DNA of 64,000 bases from Chrysomallon squamiferum (lineage: Eukaryota > Animalia > Mollusca): assembly GCA_012295275.1 (NCBI GenBank), contig CM022665.1, positions 25,916,001 to 25,980,000 of the forward strand, written 5' to 3'. Within the stretch, counting starts at the first letter, position 1; the number at the start of each line of letters is the position of its first letter. The position numbers and the translations under genes are program-made. Below the pieces are notes generated by a model. It was not told the DNA's origin and ran no database searches. It saw only the letters and a program-made list of their open reading frames with translations. This document shows, piece by piece, positions 1-13,500 of this stretch.

Positions 1-1397
1 AACATAGAACAATAAATAAATTATACAAATAAGTGAAGAATTCAGCGTAGGTCACTACTAAATGATACATAAATAAGAAGACAATTATTGGTCGTATTGC
101 GACAAGCAGACTGGCTGTTGTGAAAATCAATGCGACAAGCTTTGAATCCATCGCACTTTTGGCAGGTCTTTGGCGCCAACGGAGCCAAGATGACATGAAT
201 CAAGACAAATGCCCGTTTAAGTATGAACACCGTGTTTATCCGTTCACCTATCGCCGGTATTTCGGCCACTCTATCTCGCACTCAGCTGACCATCAAAGAT
301 AATTTCTGATTCGCACATGACTGTCGAGTACGCTCAAATTCTATCGATTAGCAAAGACGTCTTTTTGTAAGAACCAAAGACGTATCCATCACTTTGGTTT
401 CCTTTTATGTGACAATGAAAAGAATCGTGAAAACAAAGGAATATGAGGGTGAAGTAATCTTGATTGAGCGACACCAATTATGGAAGGCGGTCAAGTCGTC
501 CTATTGTGGTGCTTTGCGGTTAAACAGTCATATAATGACCCGTGATTCAATATTCAAGGATATGTTTTCTTCTTTTCCAGCCATTAGCAGATCTTCAAAA
601 CTATTCTGTCTCTTTTCTTAAAGGCCAATAATTTATAGCTTATTTCATTTGCAAACTTAATGTTTGGTATTATTTTACAAAATAATGGACAAGCAATACT
701 GAAATATGCTGAAGAAAGTATTAACTTTAAAAATAATATGTAAAACATATACCTATATACTTTGTTTGAATTTACAGAATTAATTCAGTCATACATACAG
801 GTATATACTGAGTTACAATGGATTAAAATTAATGAAATCCTGTAACTTCAGCTTTGCCATTGTGTTGTACTATATTCATTCGCTCTGTACAAGATGACAT
901 TCAAAGGATAAAAAAGAAATTTGTACTTTGAAAATCTTATTTATATATTCCTTTTATATCCTCATTTTAAATAGTTAAATAGTTTTATGCAGTTAATGAG
1001 TATGTATATCTGTCATTCTAACTGCCGGATTCTGTACACATATTAAATAATGACTACGTATAACATATCGTCTTTTAATATTTACTTATTGAGTTTTCTT
1101 TTTCTTTTTGAATAAAACAGTCTGACAAAATGAAATATGTTTTCTTTTTATATTCTATGACACTAATCCTATATGAAGGCCAAGTGTGCAATATCGCCTT
1201 ACATTTTACATAACAGTTAGAAATATATCTGAAATGCGCTCTGAAAATAAATAAATAAATAAATGATGCATGTGCACAAGTTAAAAATATGAGAATGAGA
1301 GAGAGAGAGTTAGTTCTTTGAATTTTCGAGCGTTCGCAAGGAAAGAATATGAGAGAATGAAGGAATGAATGAATTATGAAATGCCTATAATTCTTAC

Positions 1398-1458
1398 AAA
1401 ATATTTCTTCTTTTTGTGTGGGTGGAGGGCCAATTGCTGGCGTTCTATTTTCCGTCAT
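1398..1458 (-). other. Possible first coding exon of an unidentified minus-strand gene (MTENRTPAIGPPPTQKEEIF)
   Basis: ATG at 1458 and GTAAG donor at 1397, in a CpG-retaining region with upstream C/EBP- and AP-1-like sites. No compatible downstream exon found in the window. Confidence 0.22.
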
Positions 1459-4400
1459 TCATCAATCAGTGTTTAGAATTGCAGTTGCCATTTTTATAAT
1501 CTGTATTAGTGCAGGTGACAGCTTTATCTGTTGTTTCACTTCTTTCTGTGATTTAGATATCGATTTGTTCTTTGTTATTTTAGGTATTATTATTGTAAAA
1601 TTATTTTTTTTATCATTACTTTTAATTTAAAAAAAAAAAATAAAAAAGAAAGAAATTCACATGTCGATTTAATACCGAATAATCATTTTCATTTAAAAAA
1701 AAAAAAAAAAACATTTTAGTTGCTTGTCGGCTACTTTCATCTCACTACGTTTTTTTAAAACAATTCTGTTAAAAAAATTGAATGACTGGCAATGATTTGT
1801 TTACGATGTTATCTGACAGTCTCATTGCGCAAACAAGAATCCAGGTCGATCGGTCAGAAAACATTTTAATCCTGAAAATGTGATGAGATTTAGTTACGAT
1901 GAGTCATTACATGGGTACAGAAATGACACTAACAAGTATGTGGTTTGCTCTTGATGACCCCAGTTAAACGTTCAAAACTAAACAGTAGTCCGCACAAATA
2001 GACTGGTCCTCACAAAATGCTTTATCCTTCAGATACCCTGTTGTACATGTAACGTACTGTATTTAAAAGCTATTATTAGATTATCTAAAATAAAATATGA
2101 AAATTTAAAATAGTTGTTGTTTTACATATACTGTATGTAAAAGGATTACATCTACATTTCACTTCCTGAAATCTAAAATAATAATAATAATAAATAAATT
2201 ATTTCAAATTGAAATACCGGTGCGTAAAAAGTAGTTCCTATTTATGGAAAAATATAGTAACCAGTCTTTAAATAATTAATTTTTAAAAGTGAAATGCAGA
2301 TATGAATTTATTCTTGTTTAGTCTGGCTGTTATTAACTACAAAGCAACATAACCGTATAAGAACACAAGTCATTTCAGAAAATGTTTAGCTGTTATCTTT
2401 ATGGTAGCTATTTCCATCCGATTATTCCATTACGTCAGAGCCCTTCAACTGGTTTATCAATGTCCCTGGCAAAATTTATACAAAATACATCTAGCTGTTA
2501 ACCAGCAGTGGTAATAATATATTTACTTTATCCCATTTAATTACACACTTGACAATCATGAATGTAATGGTATCTCATTTTCTGAAGACAACTCAAATGT
2601 GCAAGGAAATAAGAAATGCTATTTAGCATATTGTGATGGTTAATGTATGGAATAAATTCTTGACATTTTAACTCAAAGTATTTAGAATTTATTTCAAAAT
2701 AATTTTTGTTCTTTTCTTTTTGTATATTTAGATCAGAGTGTTGTATCAAAATAGTAGAAAAGAAAGGAAAAACCCCAAAACAAGCTTTTTCTTGCAATTC
2801 TTTGTTGAACTATATTTGAACTATTTTCCAAATGAATATTCTAAAGAGAACAGACATCTATATTATTAAAACATTTATTACCATTTTCCACATATAAAGT
2901 TGTAATAATAAAATAAAAATATACTTCATTCCTTATCAACAAGTTCAGCTTTAAAAAAGTATGCATTGTATAAATGTTTTTAAAAATCTCTTTGATTAAC
3001 TGTCATATTTTATGCAACTGCCCATTTGAACACATAAGAATGAAAAAAAATATGTAAAAAGGTATTTTTTGGTTAACACAAAACTTTATCATCCAATATC
3101 TTAAGTAGAAGTCCTGTATTCAAGCAAATAAGACCAGTTTAAAAATGATTATATATTTTGAAACATTTCACACACACACACACACACCAATAATATTATA
3201 ATATGCTTTGAAAATACAAATGCTGTAATTATAAAATAAAGGCACATGATTTTCAGGCAAAATATCAACTGTTTTTCCTGCTAAAAATACATTTATATTG
3301 ATTATTGATTTCGTTCAACACATTTTTGTTATTGTTACACAGATAAATGCAAAATATAATTAAATCTCTTTATATTTATGCGATTAAAATGTTTTAAAAT
3401 GTGAAGAAAAAAAGTAAAAATGAAAAAGAAAACTGTTTATACAATATTGTGTAACGTGAATAAAATAATAAAAATAAAGCACCAAGAATGATAAAAATGT
3501 TTAAGAAAGGCATTTAATTAATTACAATTACCACAACCAAATACATTTCTCCAATATTTTGAAAACATAAAAAATTCAAACTCAGTAATATTTAGGCTAA
3601 ATATATTATTCACAGCAGTTAAATCCCAAAATAAATATGCTTTAAACAAGCATTACTGAACAGTGTACATTTTATAAAATATTCTGAGCATTTTAATTCA
3701 ACTTTGCTTTGGCTATATATCTATTTTTCAGTTAAGGTAAATTTGCCAAAACATTCAAACTCTGAAATGTATAATAAAAAATACTGAAGGAAAAAAGACT
3801 TCATTCTGTCACTATTGCTCTTTAAGAATTTAATAATTATTAATTTCATTTTGACTGGAGTTATGTAGAAATAAGTCCAAAATTACTATTATTACTACTA
3901 CAATAATAATATCTTCAAAGTATACAATTAGAAAAACTACAAATTAGTTTTGTTTTTAATTACATTATTCAGTCTTATATTTTTTTAAATATTCATTCAT
4001 GCACCACAACAACTGTAAACAAATTAACATTAAATAATATTGTAAACTAAAAATATACTTCCACACCATCATACTTAAATACTATTTGTATTAGTCATAG
4101 TTTACTTCAACATTTTTAACAAAACAACAATACTATGAATAATTAACAGTGTCAGCTGTGAATGACATAATATACATGCAATAAAACATGAATATAACAT
4201 TTTTATAAAATATATTAATGTTGTTACACAAATACTTACAACACACAATAACATCATAAATTCTGGTCAGCAGGTCATTTTAAACTACATTTATAAAATG
4301 CACAGAAGTTTTTCTAGGAAATTAAAAACAGGTATGTTCAAAGTCTAATTGATATAAAATACATGTAAAATCGTATAATATACTGAAAACAATAAAAATA

Positions 4401-5171
4401 CTAAAAAATACAAAATTTGTTGAATTGAATTATTTCAACTGATTTTAAAAATGATAATCATTATGAAATGTTTTAGTAATAGCTGTGGCATAGAAACCAT
4501 TTTTTTTGATCAAAGTTTTCTAAAATGTATACAGGTTAGAAAATAAGAAAACTGTACCTTTAACTGAAAATAATTCAGATCAGTATAAAATATAGAACAA
4601 AAAATGTAAACAAACCTTTCACCAAAACCTAAACTCAAATACAATGCAAACACCCCAGGCTAATGTAGTTGTCAATATATGTTATACAAGTGCTAGGGAT
4701 ATTTTTATTACTATTTTAAAAAAATACAGTGATTTTTCTAGTCCTTATTAAGTAATAAACTAAATACATTTGTTTGAGCACTTATGAAAAAAAAAAAAAA
4801 GTGTTTATGGCAGGATGAATTACAGCTTATATTCTGACATTCAAAAAAATGTCAATTATCTCTCTGGCTGTGTTAATTTTTTCAGGTATGTTTTATAAAA
4901 ACATATAGAAAAAACAAAAACAAAAAACAAATCTGCATAAAATGTAAATACAGTTAAATATATGTTATCAATTTGCAACAATTAATATAAACTAATAAAT
5001 TATTTTTCCTTTTTTTTTTTTTGGTATACTGGACAGAAAGCCCACATTTTTCATCTAGGTGTTCCATACAGTTACAAATATAAATTACAATATCTTTAAG
5101 TACTATTTAATTTTGCTTGATAATGCCATTCATAATGCCTTAAAATAGTATTGTGAAAAAATCTGTTACAG

Positions 5172-7360
<2,189 letters not shown>

Positions 7361-7538
7361 TTCGAAAAATATCCCAATGTTCAAGAAAGCCAACTCCTCA
7401 TTGGTTGACATGTGAAAGCTGGCCAATGAACATAATTGTTTCTCTGTCTTCATTACTCATCGGGGCGGGTGTTTCCGGCTCTTACTAAATGGGAAGTTAG
7501 AAGGTTTGAGACACCGGTAAAATCGAATTCCATCCATC
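7361..7538. promoter_or_regulatory. Compact bidirectional promoter shared by NENF and ACTR2
   Basis: 178 bp between divergent ATGs. CCAAT boxes at 7374, 7400 (ATTGG) and 7423; GC box GGGGCGGG 7462-7469; ETS core TTCCGG 7473-7478; YY1-like GCCATTT overlapping the NENF ATG; locally CpG-rich. Confidence 0.8.
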
Positions 7539-10500
7539 ATGGATAATCAAGGAAGAAAAGTTATTGTCTGTGATAATGGTACAGGAGTAAGTAATAAACA
7601 CATCTATGTAGGTTTTTTTCTCTGTCTTGTCGATATTAAAAATTGGCCGCGACCCAAATCCGAACCCGGAAGAGATGATAATTTTGCAATATAAAATTAT
7701 TGAAAAAGACCTTAAAATATATTAAAATATACATATTTTCAAAATTGCAGTTTCATTTCTTTATAGGCCATGATATTTTTTTTTAGTAAAAAATGCATTA
7801 ATAAGTATTATTTTCATTTCATGTTACGTGATTTATGAAATCGCCAGTGTTGTAATTTTACATACGCCCCACTAACTTGAATAGACAAATTCTTGCTCGA
7901 ATCTGATACAGATAGTAGGCAGTATAACTTGTACTACAGTTTAAATGTTCTGATTTGTATGTTATACATGATATCATTTACTAATAAGTTTAAGAAGTCT
8001 GATATTCAAGTGGAACTTTAAAAATTTGGTCATTTACATTCGGCATCTTAAGGTTCAGATGGAAATTGTAACCATGTCGATCATTTGATACAACATAAAA
8101 CAAAACAAAATGTCTATTATGAACAAGTAGAAGGTATTAATAGCTGTTGAAACTGATCAGCATTTCTCTCAACAGACCAACTAAAAATAATATTGTTGAT
8201 TATTTATATATTTATTTATTATTATTATTTGTAGTGACTAAATTTAAACATTTTTGACATCACTGCTTTATATATAAAAAAAAAAAAAAATATAGTATAT
8301 CACTATATGCATATTTTATGTTTCTGTGAATAACCTTTTGTCAGCAATATTCTGTCTGTGGTGAAAGTGGGAAAAGAGAGTGGTGAGTGCTACTTTAACA
8401 AATAATTCATTCAAAAACAGTTTGAAAGACCTATACTAATAGAATAATTTTCTCCAGTGAATACATGATTAATCAGAAAACTTTTGTTTTTTTTTTTTTT
8501 TTTTAAATAAATAAAAAAATAAAACAAGGAAGAGAAACAGTGAAAATGACATGTAGTATAGATAACTGTTACCACAGACTATTCAGGAAGTTATCACAGT
8601 ATTCAGATTTTAGTATATATCTTTTATATTATTATAATTTTTTAAATAATTTATTTTTCAGTTTGTAAAATGTGGATATGCAGGCCAAAATTTTCCAGAA
8701 TTTATTTTTCCTTCATTAGTTGGACGACCTATTATTCGATCAACAGCAAAAATAGGCAACATAGAAGTGAAGGTAATTTACCATATTTCCACTGAGATTT
8801 TTAGAAAGAGGAAAACAGTTATTTTAATCTTGGTCCAAGTTTTAGCTGGCATATCTGTTATGATGTAAAACAAAATTCTGAGTTATCTGAAGAGATATTT
8901 AACCTCTAAGAAGTACTGAATGGAAGTGCCATTTTTCACAATAGTGATTAAACTATTAATACAATTAACTAACTAAATATTGCAGATCCAATTTTTTTTT
9001 TTTTTTTTTTTTAAAGTGATTTATTGCAAGTATTTAATTGTTTTGTTTCCATGAACATTTGCCAGAGGGTTGCAGAGTTTCATAAGCACATTTAAAAAAA
9101 AGAGTAAAATTGTGTTTTATTTTAAAACACCACAAATCTTTCCAAGTTAGGTTAGCATCATTTTACTTGTAGTGTGATACCTAATAACACGTTTTTATTA
9201 TTTTTTTTATAGGATTTGATGGTCGGGGATGAAGCCAGTCAGTTGAGGTCTATGCTGGAAGTTAATTATCCCATGGAAAATGGGATTGTGCGTAACTGGG
9301 AGGACATGTTACATCTGTATGACCATACATTTGGCAAGGACAAAATGAACATAAACACAAAAGAATGTCGGGTGCTTCTCACTGAACCTCCAATGAATCC
9401 AATGAAAAATCGAGAGAAAATGATAGAGGTAACATAATCTGAATGTAAATTTACCCAATATGACACCTGCTCATTCAAAGTGAAGTAGTTTTGTAATGAC
9501 AGAGCAGTGGTTGAAATTAATACATTATTATGTAGTTTAAAATTATTATTAGATATTCTTCCCTTTTTTTTGCTGCAAAACAAAAATCTGGCTGCTCTGT
9601 TTTTAATTTAAAATGTTTAATTTTATGTTCAAGAATTTACTTTTATAATAATGTGTTTCAGGTCATGTTTGAAAATTACCAGTTTCACAGTGTTCACATA
9701 GCAATTCAAGCAGTTCTGACTTTATATGCACAAGGTAAACTTGATTTGTGTAAAATTGTGTGTGTGAAAGAAAATACTTACTAATTTAACATAACAAAAA
9801 CATGCTGGTCTGTGGATTATAACCAAAAGACTGGCATTCTTTTTAATTATTAGCTAACCAGAATTTTAAAGTTTTTAGTTTATTATTTGGTTCCTAATAA
9901 GATGGTGTTTGTGATGATGAAATTTGTTTTATTGGTAATGTCATTTTGACCTGATATTTTTATCCTCTAAGAAGTTCTGAACAAACACTTTTGGAAATGA
10001 TATTTTTGCACATTTTCCTTTTATCTTTGGAATAAATGAAATATGAAGGTCAAAAACTAAGACCAGAGACAACAATGTTGCAAGCTGTTTTATATTTATT
10101 TCTTGTCGTTTAATAGAGAAAACAAGAAAAAATGCAACACAGATAAAGTAGCAAAGTTTCAGTATCCTTACTGTCTTTCAGAAATGTTTCTGCCAATTTC
10201 CATTTATCCTCAGCCACTGAAATTGTTTCGAACATTTTTATCCAGAAACAAATGGCCTGTGGATGTATACAAATGTTTATCCATGTATATATACATAAAT
10301 GACATGCATAGAATGCTGTGAAAAATGAGTTAATTTTCATTCCTTGATTTGTAGAATTATTGCACATCTGAAATATTTCCAATTTGTGTTGTTACAGGTC
10401 TACTCACAGGTGTAGTAGTAGATTCAGGAGATGGTGTCACACATATCTGCCCAGTCTATGAAGGTTTTGCACTTCCACATCTCACAAAGAGGCTAGACAT

Positions 10501-13500
10501 TGCTGGAAGAGATATTACAAAATACCTTATAAAGGTTTGGTTTTATGATGGTAACACTCTGAATTATTAATACTGCAAATAAACCTAATGACCATTTTCC
10601 AAAAATAATATAAAATAAAATACAGAATATCATGTTCTGAAAATGTATCAGTTGTATTGGTGCTATGCTGTTAGCAACAAAGGCATTTTTTAAAATTACA
10701 TTTACATTACATTAATTTCACATTTGCAGTATTTATGTATTTTTAAAAAAAAATTGTTTGCCAGATTATAATTCATAAAATATTTGTAATGTTGCAGACA
10801 AATTTTAGATCTGTTTTTAATCTCATTTTATAAAATTTATATTGTCTTAAATGGTCAAAACAAGTTTGAAAAAGAAGTGTCTAAGCATTAATCTTTCACA
10901 AGCTGTATTTCAGTTGTTAATGCTGTCCAAAGGAACTATGCATTGCAGCTTATATCCTTGGTTATTTACTGTTTGAGTCTCTATCTTGCAGGCATATATT
11001 GCAGAATTAGTGTTTGAAATCCAAAAACTAATTGTTTATCTCTGTTAATGTTCCAGTTGTTACTACTACGAGGTTATGCCTTTAATCACTCTGCTGATTT
11101 TGAGACTGTGAGAATGATTAAGGAAAAACTGTGCTTTATTGCATACGACGTGGAACAAGAACAGAAACTTGCCTTAGAAACAACGGTTTTAGTTGAGCCT
11201 TATACAGTAAGTATAGTCATAAAAACTGTATTTTGAAATCTTGACAAATGTCTTAGGAGCTAGGCAGACCTGTCTAATTAGTTTCAAAATATGAGATAGA
11301 AAATGTATGTATATATATTTTTTTTCAGTTTAATCACATTATTATTATTATTATTTATTATTATTATTATTATTATTTATTATTATTATTATTATTATTT
11401 ATTTATTTTAGTCTATAACTTAGTCTTGTTGCTATTTTACTTTCTGCGTTTTTATTTGTTTTTAGTTTTTTTTATATATTGGCTCTTCTGTGATGATGAA
11501 AATGAAATATCAGATTTAGTTTACTGTTGTTGATATTTAACCTCTAAGAAGTCCTGAACAGAAGTACTAAGCCAAGTGTTTGCCCAGTGTATATTTCAAT
11601 AATCTAATAAAATACTCCCTCAATTAAAGGATCATATCAATACTGACAGCCTAACCAATACAATTGGACAAAGCTATTAAAAGTGCAGATTTTGCCCATT
11701 TTCCTCCACTCCACAATTGTTTCAGTAAAACCAAACATGAAAAATAAATATATGTAAATAAAGAGCATTTTGTGTTCTTTTGAATGATGGTAGTGTTTTT
11801 GTTATATATTAAATCAGTTCTTTGTACAAAAGTGTTAACATGGTAGGGGTAAACAAAGTCTGCTGCCTGTGGTCAGCCATTGACAGCATGGAGTTAAAAG
11901 TGTCACTCTGCAAATGTCTGAAATATATGAAAGTCACTTGTGTTATTTTTTAACAGAGCATGGAAGGTCAAAGTTTGATTGTTCTAACAATGTGTGTGTC
12001 ATTGCTGGCAGTGACATCTTAGGCATAGAACAACACCACATTTGAAAGTTGCACATGCAGAGAGAAATTGTTGTAAATTCTGTTTCCTTCTGGGCCAGAT
12101 TGCTGTAAATGTTATGTCCAACTAGAAAGGACTGGCAGGCTTCAAAATGATTATATTTCTATTTTGTTCATGTTTTTAATAACTTGTAGGTTGCATGTTT
12201 TTCTTCAGTGTTCCAGCTTTTAGTGTGTACATAATATGAATAGTATGTGTGGGTTGCAAAATCACCAAAGATTCTGTATACAACTAGAAAGGACTGGCAC
12301 TGTTTAAAATGATTATATTTCTGTGTTGTTTATATTTTTAATAACTTGTAGGTTGCATATTTGTCTTCTGTGTTCAGACTTTTACTGTATATAATATGAA
12401 TATGTTCAGAAATTAACTTCATGTTTTGCTGATTACTATCTCTTCTGCTCTAAGACAGGTGATTATTTTGTATTCAAAATTCTTGTAAATAACAGGGAAT
12501 TAAGAATCACAAATATAACAAACCATACAACACAACAGTACAATGTATTCTGTGAGTCCAAGTACCAGCAGTATTGATAGAATGGTTATGGGAAAAAACA
12601 AATAGCTTTTTTAACATAATAAAATAATAAATAGATCAGTTTTAAACTTCGATTATTTTTGCTTCAAGTGTTGATTAGCTCCGTCAGAGAAAACATCAAC
12701 AATGGTCAGATGATAGGTAACTTTTGTTTGCAGTCATATCACACATGCAGCTTTAATTGCCTTTAGTCTCATGATTACATACATTGTATTCCCCCTAATT
12801 TGACTTTCCTAATGCTTGTAGTTCTTTTAAATAATGTGTAGGTGTGTGTATGTATATATATATATACATAGATATATACACACAAGTATTTTTTGTTATC
12901 TATCACTAATTATTTAATATACTTAGAGTGAACAGTCAAGCTGTAAAAAGGTATCAGACTCGGGGTTTTTGTTTTTGTTTTTGTTTTTTATAAATACCCT
13001 CCCACACATTATAATGGAATATAATTCTAAAATAAAATGCATTTGAAGTTCAAACAAATGTTAAATTATTAAAAAAATAATATAAAATTCTTTCAATGAG
13101 TGCAACAATAGCAGATCTGCTTCTCTTTAAACTAAAAACAACAACAAATAATAAAAATGTATATCAAATTGTTCACATGGTTGAATTTTTGAAATGTGAC
13201 CAAAACTGTTTTCATTTTCCAGAATAGTTGGAGTGGTAACTATTTTATTTAGTCATATTTAAAAATTATCCTTCATTTAATTTGTATACTATTACTGAGA
13301 ATCATTTAGCTCTAGATAGTGGACAAAAGAAGCAAAAGAGCACTTGAATGTAAATTTCATTAGCTGCTAATGAAAAATTATTTGAATTGTTATTTCTATT
13401 TGTGTTGACATGTAGACTGACTTTGTGTATTTTATATGTACATATTTCTTACATTTCAAAAGCAGATAAAATATTAAAAATTGTCATAAATTGCATAATT

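Noticed and set aside
42-621. Short ORFs 42-281, 120-302 and 394-621
   Set aside because: No recognisable domain, stops in neighbouring frames, non-ATG starts, and no phase-compatible splicing.
7361-7453. Upstream in-frame ATGs extending NENF (ORF 7145-7453)
   Set aside because: The extension runs through the promoter motifs. The ATG at 7360 has good context (GAAATGG) and directly precedes the signal peptide.
8773-9212. Arp2 short alternative exon after exon 2, as in the vertebrate long isoform
   Set aside because: No AG-exon-GT candidate of suitable size found in this intron.
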